Assembly (NCBI RefSeq): GCF_001194135.2 | Contig: NC_068987.1 | Coordinates: forward strand, 93,880,784 to 93,944,783 | Origin: Octopus bimaculoides | Lineage: Eukaryota | DNA: 64,000 nucleotides | Direction: 5' to 3' | Shown: positions 23,578 to 37,118 of the stretch, piece by piece | How the letters are laid out: every line of letters starts with the position of its first letter | How positions within the stretch are numbered: the first letter of the stretch is position 1 | Made by a program: the position numbers and the translations under genes | The notes under the pieces: model-generated | Seen by the model: only the letters and a program-made list of their open reading frames with translations | What the model was told of the DNA's origin: nothing | The model's database searches: none

Positions 23578-23903
23578 TGGAACTCCGTCGGTTACGACGA
23601 CGAGTGTTCCAGTCAATCTGATCAAAAGAACAAGCTGCTCTTGAAATTAAGGAGAATGTGACTGAGTACTCCACAGATACACGTACACTTAATAAATTTC
23701 TGAGGGATAGTCAGTGTGACACAGAATGTGACAAGGTTGGCCCTTTGAATTACACGTACAAAACTCATTTTTGCCAGCTGAGTGGACTGGAGCAACGTGA
23801 AATAAAGTGTCTTGCTCAAGGACACAACGCGTCGCCGGGAAATGAACTCATGACTTTACGACTGTGAATCAAATATCCAAACCACTAAGCCACGTGCTTG
23901 CAC
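23578..23903 (-). mobile_element. Family B SINE
   Basis: Reverse complement of the 20345-20648 pattern, from head gtgcaagcacgtggcttagtgg to tail cgtcgtaaccgacggagttcca. Confidence 0.85.
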
Positions 23904-24054
23904 AAGAACATACATGATACATGCATACATACGTACATACGTGTGTGTGTGTGTGTGTGTTTATATACAATGAATGAACAAAAAATCGGAAAAAGACAAC
24001 AAATGGAATAGGAACTGAAAATGATGTTTTAGATACAAATGAAAAAGGGAAAAG

Positions 24055-24097
24055 TATTTTTGACGATTCGGACGTAGAGTCCTTCATCAGATAAAAA
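24055..24097 (-). ncRNA. Minimal type I hammerhead with one core substitution
   Basis: Minus strand reads uuuuau CUGAUGA A GGAC-ucuac-GUCC GAAU C GUC / aaaaau. A15.1 reads U; stem II is perfect. Confidence 0.65.
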
Positions 24098-24495
24098 AAA
24101 AAGAAACATAAACGAGGACGGTGGTGAAAAGGAAGGAAGAGGAAAGTTAGAGGGTAGTTGAGAATACACTTCCATGGGGAAGAGTTGAAGAGAAAGGATG
24201 AGGCAGGTATTTTCATGCATATAAAGAAGGGTGTCTGTTGAAGGAGAAAGATATGGGGGGAGTGAACGGTTTGGGGTTCGGGTGGTGGGGTGGGGATAAG
24301 TAGATCTGAGTAATGGGAATCGAGGAAGCAGAAAAAAATGGAGACAACGTTGGAGTAGGTGGGAGAAAATGTTACAAAATTGATGAGAGTGGAAAATGAT
24401 GATTCGGTAGATATCCGAAAGTCAAAAGTCAGTTGAGTGTGAAAGAGTAGGTATAACGATGACAAGGAGGAGGAAGAGAACAGAATAAGGAAGAT

Positions 24496-24564
<69 letters not shown>

Positions 24565-24910
24565 NNNNNNNNNNNNNNNNNNNNNNNNNNNNNNNNNNNN
24601 NNNNNNNNNNNNNNNNNNNNNNNNNNNNNNNNNNNNNNNNNNNNNNNNNNNNNNNNNNNNNNNNNNNNNNNNNNNNNNNNNNNNNNNNNNNNNNNNNNNN
24701 NNNNNNNNNNNNNNNNNNNNNNNNNNNNNNNNNNNNNNNNNNNNNNNNNNNNNNNNNNNNNNNNNNNNNNNNNNNNNNNNNNNNNNNNNNNNNNNNNNNN
24801 NNNNNNNNNNNNNNNNNNNNNNNNNNNNNNNNNNNNNNNNNNNNNNNNNNNNNNNNNNNNNNNNNNNNNNNNNNNNNNNNNNNNNNNNNNNNNNNNNNNT
24901 ATATATATAT

Positions 24911-25070
24911 ACGACGGGGCTTCTTTCAGTTTCCATCTACTAAATCCACTCACAAGGCTTTGGTCGGCCCGAGGCTTTAGTAGAAGACAGTTGCCGAAGG
25001 TGCTTTGCAGTGGGAATGAACCCAGAACCATGTGGTTGGGAAGCAAGCTACTTACAAAGCCACTCCTCTC
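24911..25070 (-). mobile_element. Family A SINE, 5' half
   Basis: acgacggggcttctttcagtttccatctactaaatccactcacaaggctttggtcggcccgagg...gggaagcaagctacttacaaagccactcc. Confidence 0.9.
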
Positions 25071-25139
25071 AATGAAATATCATTGAAATTAGGATATATT
25101 TCAATGATATTCTCGTGATATATATTTATATATCAACAA

Positions 25140-26050
25140 TAGCGTCTTTGACCACCACCTTCTTATATTACTTCACGCGATTCCATGCTCCCAATCAACT
25201 TCTGCAGGAGATCAAGTGGAAGCTCTTCCGAGGCCTTCGTTATTACCGTTTCAAGTTCGTCAATAAATGAATACTGCTTGCCTTTTCGGTACACAAAGTT
25301 CATGAGATAATCCCCAGGCATTCTCCATAGGATTAAGGTCGGGACTTCTTGTTGTCTATGGCCTGACTTCAACCCTAATATAGGAAATCCAAAGTTGCCT
25401 TTGCTTTATGAAAAGGAGCGCTGTCCTGCTGAAATATGAAGTTCTCGCCCTGGAGCTTTCTTCCTTATTCGAGCCCTGTGCGCAGCATTGAAACGGCCAT
25501 CCATGATGACATGTGGCAGCTTCCCATTGGCAGATATTGCTCTCCACATCATAAGACCTCCTCCGCAGTTCTCCACTTGGAATAAGTAGAATTTTGCATG
25601 CATTTATCTGTCCAGTAATACTTATAACCGTTGGGCCATCCAAATTCCATTTTTCCTCATCAGCAAACAGAACCCTGGTCCGTTCACCATCCCACGCCAG
25701 ATGCTGCCGAGCAAACTCTCATCTATCAGCTTTGTGGGAAGAACACAATAACGGTCATCCTAGCCACTTCTTCAGGTGGATACCATGGTTCAGAATAACT
25801 CGTTTTCGGTGGATGTCGAGGTTCCTACTCCCGCTGATGCCTAACAGAACAGCAGTGTGACTTCTTCACAACTCTGACAATAGCCCTTTCATCCCTTTCT
25901 GATGTAGCCTTCGGTTGTCCGCCAGCATGAACCCTGTTGTTATCCAGTGGCGGTCTGCTTCACCGAATCTTCTCGGCAATCTTCCAGTTACTCGTACGTT
26001 CCGTTTTCGGTTTCTAGACTCTTCCCTTACTTAATTTCGGAAAACTTTGT
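25140..26050 (-). mobile_element. Tc1/Tc3-like transposase pseudogene
   Basis: Frameshifted pieces VLFADEEKWNLDGP, GGGLMMWRAISANG and SPDLNPMEN match Tc1-family catalytic motifs (FSDEKKFNLDG, SPDLNPIEN). TIRs were not identified. Confidence 0.85.
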
Positions 26051-27268
26051 AGCCTTAGGCATACTGGAAATGTAATATGGAACATGGTAAATACGACTGA
26101 GTCAAATATTTTTCGAAACGATCTGGAAACAAATGAAACTGTATTTGTGGCTTTATAATTCTGAAGTGTTGATATGCTAGTAAAAATTGGAAAATCGGGT
26201 GTCGTAACGTGATAATAAAAATATAAGGTTTATATATCAAAGGATTCACGAAGTACCCATTTATAATATATTATGCCCCTTAGTCCACTTAAATACAAAG
26301 CAAAATTTCTGAATAACTTAAGAAACACATGACTATAACTTTGAATAATTGTTTATATATAAAAGTCTATGACACTTGACTACGAACACAATCACACCTT
26401 GGACCAGTTTCTCCACCCTCAAGTTTACTCAATAACAACATGGCTCAGGTGTGTTATAACGTCGACATTGTTATAGGTTTTTACAGATATACATTTTGAT
26501 ACCAGTTGGTTACAATCGTTATAGTCATTGAGTTTTTTCTTCTTTGCTACACAGGTAAATATCTATAGAGATATATGTCTTAATGCACACACACATATAT
26601 ACGTGTGAATCCGTGCGCATTTACGTATAGAATTTGCATATCTGTGTATACTTGAATATATTTTAACATAAGTACATATATATATTCACGCCCACACTCA
26701 CCACACAGACACACACACACACACACACACGCACACACACGCACACACACACACACACACACATACACACACAACCATAAATACACATATATGTACAAAA
26801 ATACAAACATACGTGCATAGATGTTTAAAGAAATATATGGCTGTCTAAACATATATACATCTTTAACAATTTATTTCTTGCCTTGTTCAAAAGATTTTTG
26901 GATTAGTATAATTCCTAGAGAGAATCTACTACGTTCTGACAGCCAAATAATCGCCATTTCCACCTAGTAGCGTCTCATCCGTCTCCATTTCACTCCCAAC
27001 TACGCACATCCTTTCAATCTGATTGCGTAGATATCAGTCAATATCAAGATTAAATCATCCGATTACAAGTCCATCATCTGCTTTAGGAATAAATACCACC
27101 CTCACTTCCCCATTCTCTTTCTCTCTCTCCTTCTCACTCTTCCCATATATACATGTATATAAACACATACACACGAACGCACACATACACATTCATGCAC
27201 TCATACAAGTATGCATATATATATAAATATGTACGTATATGGTTGTATGTAGCAGTAGTAATAGTAGT

Positions 27269-27334
<66 letters not shown>

Positions 27335-27959
27335 TTCTGTTGTACAAAAATTCCCAACTGCTAAATACATTTTTTGAGAAGTGAGTCGAGCTTAATATAT
27401 GTTAATTTATTAGAGTTAAACATGGAAGACACAGCCTCGTTTTGCTTCTCTTCGATTGAATGACTTTACACAGAAGTGGTTTGGAAAGTCACATGATGTC
27501 TTCCTGCGCAGTGAACGGTTGTCGTTTTTTAGATTGTCGCTTATTGTCAATCAGTATGAGACACGTCTAAGAATTTAGGTGTTGCAGTAAATAAAATTTT
27601 ATTTATTTATTTTATCATTTTTTTTAGACTAGAATAATGTCGTGTAGTGTGGACTGACTCCATATATTATGGAGTTCATACGACGCTGATCCGTTCTTAA
27701 GTGCGTGTAACTCATTTAAACATTCCATGAGACGATGATGAACCCCTTTAACTCTCATTTTCATGTCTTGAAACTCAATGATGTTTCGAAATATGGTGGA
27801 ATTGGTAATAGTTGAGCAAGTTACTCTGAAAGGAATGTGCTGGAAACACAGTTTCGTTTATGGTTGCATTTCTGGTGGAGACATCAACTAAGTGTACAAT
27901 GCGTTCGCTCAACGTTTTCTCAGCATGGAGCCAATCTGTATGCATAAGAAATTACCTGT

Positions 27960-28900
27960 TGACATTATTCTACGAGTGAAGATTAGAGTCAAGAGGTTCC
28001 AAATGGTCGGAGTATTTTTACAGTGTGTCACATGACTTTTAGATATAGTCTTCATTTGATAAAAACAAAATTATAGCAAAGCTAGCCAATGGCCAGTGTT
28101 GAGTATCCAGCAAGGTTGTAGTCAATGGTTTCATCAAACCGGCCATCAATGTAGCATTCTGCCTTGACATTCTGCTTCAGAATATAATTTTCAGAAATGT
28201 GTAGTTGGACTTCAAGTTAAGAATTTGGCCATATTCCCCATTATTAGACTCAGTATTTGCATAGCAAATCTGAGAGTTGTCTTTGTTACCGCTTTCATCG
28301 TATATGTGGATTTTCGTGAGTATTTATGGACTTCATGTTTACAGTCAAATAGGAAGCCCACATCTCCCCTCACTCTCCAAACGTAATCTCACACATTTCT
28401 GCGATTGATTTCCACTTTTGCTAGAATTCCATTGCTTTCGTTCTTACGAAAGGCACCGCACGTTTCATGATTTTCTCCATTGATTACAAATAGATGCAAT
28501 TGTTTAGTGTTGGCATGTGAATCTGCGGAATTGGTATCAGAGAAAATGAAGACAATAATGGGATCTATATTAGTGTTAGGTGTTTTACATGACTTTTTCT
28601 GTATATTTGCGTTTTGCTGCTGCATAAGCGTGGATGAGATCCGAATTAGCAGAACTATTTTTTACTGATATCTCTGTCTACCTAATCACCAAATGCACAT
28701 TCCGACATGCAGTGTCTAGTTGCATAGGAGAACATGGAGACCTGAAATGTATATTTTCCACTGCACAATCAATTACTGTAAGTGTGTAATTTACTGGTAA
28801 ATAAGACAGGGTCGGAGATAGAATATCTCTGTCTGCAAAAGAAAAGAAGGGGAATTGATAACCTCTTGTGTTCACCATGGAATTAAATAAAGATAACTAA
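27960..28900 (-). mobile_element. Highly decayed LINE RT remnant (CR1/Jockey-group-like)
   Basis: In correct order across frames: ILSPTL (motif B' region), tatgca..gacact (YADDT-like), ANTKQLHL (ASKTQ-like), VGFLFDCK, PLTTTL...LASF. Many stops and frameshifts. Confidence 0.4.
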
Positions 28901-30608
28901 ACCTAGATTAGTTCTGACTGTTGGTCGTTATTTACTTTAAAAAAAAACATTTCGTGACTGGCCCTCTTCCATGCGTGTCAGAGTTGCCACTTGTGCTCGT
29001 TTCTCATCAAAATTTGCTTTGTGACAGAACATTCTTCGTTATCCTCACCTTCAGTTTCAAATGGTAGAAAAAGCTGACGATGTTTCAAATGACTAGAAAG
29101 AGTTATCTGTAAAAAGAGTTTGTCTGAAACGCTTTCCTTCGTCGCCACCGACAGCCTTTGTTACCAAAGCCGTCAGACTAAGTAAAATTGCCTGTCCCTA
29201 CATGTCACAAGAGAATATTTAGAAAACTCAGAGTTAAATGAGGAGAATATTTAGAATTAAATGAGTACTGAGAACTAGATCTTCCTCCAGTCGTGTAATA
29301 GAACTCCACAATTCAGCAATATTTAGACACTCAACAAGCGAAAGGAAAAAAACATTTCACCATTCTACGTGGATTTCGAACAGGAATTACAAATAGCGCT
29401 TTAACAGTCTGTAGAGCTTTTCATGAACCAGTAATGACTTTTAACAACCCTAACAAGAGAAAGAATTTCTGAAAGTTACTGTAAGATCTCTGAGACATTG
29501 CACACTATTCGTCATTGATGCCAAGCATCTCCTAAGAGTGCTGTCACTCTCCTATACTCTCTAATCTTCTGTAGAATACTAGCATGGCCGTTCCGCCGAC
29601 AGCATTACCCGACTGATAACCGTATGTGACCAGCTGGCACTTTGTCAGACTTCAAACTTGATCGTCATCCTGTTGGCTTTTGTAGCAACACTTTCCACAA
29701 GACAAGAAGCCTATAAGGTGTTTCAATTTAGTTACTAACGACCTGGTCATTGACTAGTTGCACTGCATTCCATGCTACCAGTAACATTCATAATACATTA
29801 TCACCCTGAAGTGATAATATATTAAAGAGGCAATATAAACGTCTGCCATCTTTGCTAAGGCTATGTACATTCGGAGATAGTCTATCGAAAATCATAGTAT
29901 TTTTACAAGCAAAAGAGAAAGACCAACTTTGTAAATACCAGTCATATAAACGGGACTTATTTGTGGTTTGTGCCCTGAATATGTCGACCAGTTAAATATC
30001 ACTTCCCGGTCTATGGTGACATTTAATTGATAAATTCTCCTTCAAACATCCAGCAACGGTTTGTCTGAGTATAATAACAATTGCAGCAACAGTTAGTAAC
30101 AAAATCAGCAGCAGTTGTTGTATGAGCTAAAACAACCATATGATCTTGGTACACGAACCATACCACCACCACCACCACCACCACCACTACTACCACAAAC
30201 AACAACAACATCAGCAACTACAGTATGCACCACCATGCAGTTGTTAGTTTGTTGCCATAGCAACAAACAACTGCATTTAATGTATGTATGGTAATAACAA
30301 TATTAATGTGAGTTAGTGCAAGTATTATAGCAGCTAGAGCAGATGTGGCAATATCTGTTTGCAGAGGAGCAGCAACATCAGCATCGCCAACAACGACAAC
30401 AAGCATAACAACGTAAACAGAAGCCTAACAATCAAACGTCAGCTGCTGAGGAATTCGCAGAAACAGCTGGAACAACAACAAAAGCAAAATAAATACTACA
30501 ACAGCAACTGTAATAGCAACTGGTACAGGAGTAATAACAACACCATAACAATACCGACAGATAGAACAATAGCAACAAAAACAACGACAAAAGCAACAAC
30601 AATTATAT

Positions 30609-30682
<74 letters not shown>

Positions 30683-30770
30683 GTGATGATGGTGATGATG
30701 ATGGTGGTGATGATGATGATGGTGATGATGATGATGGTGATGATGATGATGATGATGATGATGGCGGTGG

Positions 30771-30837
<67 letters not shown>

Positions 30838-32571
30838 AACGATGATGACGATGAGGACGACGAAGATGATGATAATGATAGCAACAAGTAGTATAATAGC
30901 ACAAACTGCAACATTGATAACCAGTACAATAACAGCAACGGCAACAATAGCACCAAAAATGCTGCAATAGCAACGACTACAACTGCAATCGCAACCATAA
31001 CGGTTTCAATAGCAACAAGTAATAATACATCGCTAACAATTACAAGCGTAATAAGGATAAACATAAAAGCGGCAATTAGCGTGGATTTTAATTAATTTTT
31101 TTTAAATAGACAGAGGAAATGAAATAATTGGTGGGGGTGGGATAGGTTGTGTCGATTATGTGGGTGGGAGTTGCCAGCGTTGTGGCTTGTAGTGCTAGAA
31201 ATAACTGCCAAATTACCTTCAATTCACGCCATAATGACTTGAACGAAAATAATGCTGCATTAGATAATATAGTTTAAGCTGTACTATTCCTGAAAATGAA
31301 GACCAGGAAGCCACAGCTGGAGCACTTACCCCGATTTCCATATTCAAGATTGATAGCAACACTAACAACACTTAGAAAATTGTAACAAATGACAAATAAC
31401 AACAGCAGCAGCAACCAGCTGTTGTAGCAACAGTGGTAGAAGCAACAACAGTGGCACCAACTACAGCACCAACAACACTAGCAGTTGCAGCAACAGCAGC
31501 AGCAGCAGCAGAAGCAACAACAACATGGACACCGGCTGCAGGATCGACAACAGCTGCAGTTGAAGTTGCAGCAACAAATATTGACACCAACTGCAACATC
31601 TGCAGCAGCAACAACAACACTTGTAGAAGTAAATCATCATCATCATCATCATCGTCATCATCACCATCATCATCATCATCATCATCATCGACGTCATCAT
31701 CATCATCATCATCATCGTCGTCATCATCATCATCATCATCATCGTCGTCATCATCATCATCATCATCATCATCGTCATCAGCATCATCATCATCATCATC
31801 ATCATCAGCATCATCANNNNNNNNNNNNNNNNNNNNNNNNNNNNNNNNNNNNNNNNNNNNNNNNNNNNNNNNNNNNNNNNNNNNNNNNNNNNNNNNNNNN
31901 NNNNNNNNNNNNNNNNNNNNNNNNNNNNNNNNNNNNNNNNNNNNNNNNNNNNNNNNNNNNNNNNNNNNNNNNNNNNNNNNNNNNNNNNNNNNNNNNNNNN
32001 NNNNNNNNNNNNNNNNNNNNNNNNNNNNNNNNNNNNNNNNNNNNNNNNNNNNNNNNNNNNNNNNNNNNNNNNNNNNNNNNNNNNNNNNNNNNNNNNNNNN
32101 NNNNNNNNNNNNNNNNNNNNNNNNNNNNNNNNNNNNNNNNNNNNNNNNNNNNNNNNNNNNNNNCATTATCATCACCATCATCATCACCACCATCATCATC
32201 ATCATCGTCATCATCGTCATCACCATCATCATCACCATCATCACCGTCATCATCATCATCATCGTCATCATCGTCATCATCGTCATCATCGTCATCATCA
32301 TCGTCATTATCAGTTACGGCATCAACAAAAATAACAACAACGAATACAACAATCTGTAGATCTGTCAGTAGTAGTAGTAGTAGTAGTAGTAGTAGCAGTC
32401 GTAGTAGTAGTAGTAGTGACAACAGTAGCACCCATTGCAATATTAACAACACCAGCAGTTGCAGAAGTAGCAGCTGCTGCTACCACTGCTGCTGCTGAAG
32501 TGATTGCAGTCGTGATCGAACACTTGGTATTGCAAATTTCGTTTCGTCGTTGCAGCTTTCCCCGTTTCTTC

Positions 32572-32617
<46 letters not shown>

Positions 32618-33104
32618 TACATACATACACACACACACACATACACACGTACGTACACACACACACACATCTCTTATCTACATTTGCCATTCTTATGATC
32701 TTCTTATATCTCTTTCATACACCCTATATTTCTAATTCCCTCTCCCTGCATTACTCTTTCGTTTCTCCCTCTCTCACCTTTGCCTCTCCCCCCCTCCCCT
32801 CTCTCTCGGTTTCAACCATAAAAAGGGGCCAATATTTTTGTCCATCTTTCGTCGACAATCATCTTTCCCTTCCCAAACACCAGGCCCCCAAAACCGGAAC
32901 CCGCTGCTACTACTATGAAATTCTGCTGTTCACCTTTACCAATAAACGAACACGACAGAATAGCAAACTTCGCCTACCGTAGACACTGTTCTACGCTGGG
33001 AACTTTTATTACACCACACACACACACACACGCACACACATTTACATTACTACAGTTGTTATAACAGCCCTGCATTCTATCTCCACTTCACCACAAGGCT
33101 AGCA

Positions 33105-33315
33105 GGGTTCCTATGTGGTCGTTTGACCTGCTAGAACCAGCAGCCACATTCCCATTAAATCACAGAATAATGTCTTACAGGAAGAAAATACGACGGATCA
33201 TGTGAGCCAAGAAACATCGCAACCGAAGAAGAAAGCTTGGGAGATGGTCAAGACTGGATTGATTTATGATCACAGATCTGGTTGTCCAGAGATGACCTGG
33301 GGCTAAACAAGAACA
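33105..33315 (+). repeat. Old interspersed repeat ending in gacctggggctaaacaa (copy a)
   Basis: Motifs gacctgctagaa..agcagcca and gacctggggctaaacaa recur at 33385-33535, 34165-34380, 36715-36770, 38665-38770, 39700-39905 and 60835-60860. Confidence 0.65.
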
Positions 33316-33844
33316 TCAGCAATGTCATCATCATCATCAACATTATCAACAGCAACGACAACGGCAGCAGCAAGTTAAGATGCCTCTATGGGGTCACTTT
33401 ATCTGCTAGAAGTAACAGCCAAATATATATTCTCCAAAGCATTTCTTAAGCAAGGAAAGGACACATTGCATAATGTAGTCTTGCTTAGACATAAAAGAAG
33501 CCGGAATGTCACGTCTGGAACGTCTTTGAACAGACACCATCCCATTGCAGTTTGATTCGGGGCTAATCAACCACGAGAAGAACATGAAGACAAGTGCGCC
33601 GGGACTCCACGTCACTTCATTACAACTGTGACACTCCACAATCAGCTGCTACTCTCCTACTTCTACTCCTGTCCCTGCACCTCCTCCTCCTCCTCCTCCT
33701 CCTCCTACTCCTCCTCCTACTCCTACTACTACTACTACTACTACCTGAACGCTGTATCGAAGTCCAACATACATGTACACCACTGAACACTATACAACAC
33801 AGCATTTCGTTACAAACCTTCTAGTATTTAGTATTGTTTGTCTA

Positions 33845-33877
<33 letters not shown>

Positions 33878-34050
33878 CTGCTACGACTGCTGCTGCTGCT
33901 GCTGCTGCTGCCACTGTTGCTCTTCCAAACTATGCTGCACTGCACTATACAGTAAATTCACTACGACCACCCCCCATCACTGCTACTGTTGCTATTACTG
34001 CAGCTGCCGCCGCCGCCGCCGCCGCCGCTGCTGCTACTACTACTACAACA

Positions 34051-34089
<39 letters not shown>

Positions 34090-34164
34090 GCTACTACTGC
34101 TACTACTACTACTACTACCACTACTAAGACAACAGCAACAACTGAAACAAGAATAAAATCCTTA

Positions 34165-34380
34165 CTACCAGGAACCTCAGAGTGGTCCCTAGCCTACTAG
34201 AAATAATAGTCAAAACGTCTTGAAATGAAAGACTGTCATCTTTAAAAGAGGAAGGACATTGGATAGTGCAGTCCTTATTACATTATGTTAGAAAATGGGA
34301 TGCGATGGTCAGAGCTGGAACGCTTTTGACCGTAAATCTGTTATATTAAGATCTGACCCGGAACTAAATATCAACAACGA
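34165..34380 (+). repeat. Old interspersed repeat, same family (copy c)
   Basis: cctactagaaataatagtcaaa...gaggaaggacattggatagtgcagtcc...gatggtcagagctggaacgcttttga...ctgacccggaactaaatatcaacaac. Confidence 0.6.
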
Positions 34381-34481
34381 CTAATATCCCTGCTGCAAAA
34401 CACGACGTATGTAAATTACACCATCACCATAACAACAGCAACATTAACAAGCACAACAAAAACAACACAAACAACAATAGC

Positions 34482-34518
<37 letters not shown>

Positions 34519-37081
34519 TCGACAACAATAAAAGACCAACACAAGTGACACTGATTCTACAATTCTAAAACAACAACAACATCAAATATCTACATTGACC
34601 CAAACTGTAACACAACAGCGATGAGAATTCTTCGACCACAGCCACAACAGTAATAACAATAACATTAATAAAAATAACAACGATTATTCAAACAGGATAA
34701 CTACTGCTACTACTACTACTACTACTACTACAAGAACAACATACAAACAAGAAAAAAAAAACGTAAACAACGGCCTCAAGAATGCCAGCAGATTCGCAGA
34801 AGTTGGGGGAACGCTGTTGGCGTGCATCTCTGGTAGTTCTTCTATCAATCTCGTCATCACCACCACCACCACCACCACCACCACCACNNNNNNNNNNNNN
34901 NNNNNNNNNNNNNNNNNNNNNNNNNNNNNNNNNNNNNNNNNNNNNNNNNNNNNNNNNNNNNNNNNNNNNNNNNNNNNNNNNNNNNNNNNNNNNNNNNNNN
35001 NNNNNNNNNNNNNNNNNNNNNNNNNNNNNNNNNNNNNNNNNNNNNNNNNNNNNNNNNNNNNNNNNNNNNNNNNNNNNNNNNNNNNNNNNNNNNNNNNNNN
35101 NNNNNNNNNNNNNNNNNNNNNNNNNNNNNNNNNNNNNNNNNNNNNNNNNNNNNNNNNNNNNNNNNNNNNNNNNNNNNNNNNNNNNNNNNNNNNNNNNNNN
35201 NNNNNNNNNNNNNNNNNNNNNNNNNNNNNNNNNNNNNNNNNNNNNNNNNNNNNNNNNNNNNNNNNNNNNNNNNNNNNNNNNNNNNNNNNNNNNNNNNNNN
35301 NNNNNNNNNNNNNNNNNNNNNNNNNNNNNNNNNNNNNNNNNNNNNNNNNNNNNNNNNNNNNNNNNNNNNNNNNNNNNNNNNNNNNNNNNNNNNNNNNNNN
35401 NNNNNNNNNNNNNNNNNNNNNNNNNNNNNNNTATATATATACATATGCATATATAAATATACACACAGACATATGCATATACATATACACATCCACACAT
35501 TCGTACTTAATACAAACCTATATATATATATCGTAGGGGGTGGGGGTTAGCCACACCTTTATTTCTTTCATGAAATTTGGCTTTTTTTTATTTGTTTTTC
35601 TTTGTTGTTTCCCTTTTGCTGTCTTTGACTATTCCTTTTATTAAATGGAATCTCTTGCTTTCTGATTTGCGTTCATTGTTTTTTGTTGTTGTTGTTGTTG
35701 TTTTTTTTTAATCTTTTAAAAATAATCTTTTTACATTCTTGTACATTCTCCGAAATTCTTTAACATTCTTCCACATTTTTCCATATGTCTCCATTGAAAT
35801 TTTCTTTCAATAGTTTTTCTTTGAAAAACTTTTCCTGTATTGCTTCTTCTTCTTCTTCTTCTTCTTCTTCTTCTTCTTCTTCTTCTTCACTTCAAGAATA
35901 CTATTTCTTGTTTTTTGTTTTAACTTTTATTTTTATCTGATTCTACAATATAATATTTCTACCAATATTAATTTAAAAAAAAGTTTTTGATACTTTTCTG
36001 GTTTTTATTGATTTTCGTTATATTCTTATCTTATTCTTTTTATTGTGATTTTGTTTTCATTAACTATAAATGTATCTTCTATCTAATGGAAAGTAAAAAA
36101 GAGAAATTTTAAATTTTTATACTAATTTTATCTACTAACTTTAGTGTAATTTTATAATCAATGTTTTTAGTAAAACTTCCTTTTTCCAATAATTAAATAT
36201 TTTTTGTTTTAAATAATTTTTTATTACGTTTAAATATGTATACTCGCTTCCAATATTCTACTTGTGCTCTGTGTTTATTACGCGAAATATATTTTGTCAA
36301 ATTCAGAATTGTTTCCATCAAAATAACACACAAACACACAAACACACACACTAAAGTACATGCATATCTACACATATGTAGTACTCATCACCACCAAGAC
36401 CTTACTTATATCAGAGCTAACATCAACATCACATAAGACAACCAATTACAACACAGCAAAGCTGAGTAGGGGTCAAAGAGTGGAGCCTATATGTAAACAC
36501 TAATACTGTAATAAAAGTAGCTGTCAATTCACCCTCAAAACATAGACTTTGGTTTTAAAAAAGAAAGAAATAAGAAAAAGTAAATTTGATTAATTTTACT
36601 CGTAAATAAAACGAAAATGAAATGATGATCACTTATGGAACAGATCCATTGGATCATGTGTGACCGGAAATTAAGCAACAAAATAGTTAATAAGGGACAC
36701 ATTTTGCAGGGAGTCAGATTCTTGCTGATTTGCTAGAAATAGAAACCAAATCATCCTGAAACACTGCACAATTATCTCTGAGATAATGGTCCACAAGGAA
36801 TATACCATGTCCTACAAAAGAATGGTTGGAAACTGTTTGTGTAAAACCAAATATCGGGACCAAACAGTAACAATAACAACAGCAGTAGCATTAGTCTCAT
36901 TTACTATCAAAACACTAATCTTTATAGTCACATCCTACATTAAGAACATCCTGGTGCCAATCAAACAGAAATGGTAAATACACAATTTAACATGGTTGTT
37001 TTCGGCAACCTTGACATCGTTCTTACAGAATAGCAGCCGACTACGGATGCACACATGCACACACACGCACACACACATACA

Positions 37082-37118
<37 letters not shown>

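Larger units (their letters stand above)
30050..34890. repeat. Mosaic of trinucleotide microsatellites: (CAA)n, (CAG)n, (GAT)n, (CAT)n, (TAG)n, (CTA)n, (CAC)n
   Basis: Directly visible, for example (GAT)n at 30609-30870, (CAT)n at 31633-32310 and (CTG)n/(CTA)n at 33843-34125. Confidence 0.95.

Noticed and set aside
25655-25670. CTGATGA on the minus strand here, and isolated CTGATGA at 6129, 38225 (minus), 47455 and 61346
   Set aside because: The first encodes transposase FADEE. The others lack a properly placed stem II plus GAAA or stem I.
30359-32498. Long ORFs encoding poly-M, poly-H, poly-S and poly-D
   Set aside because: They are translations of trinucleotide microsatellites, open in several frames on both strands, with no domain content.
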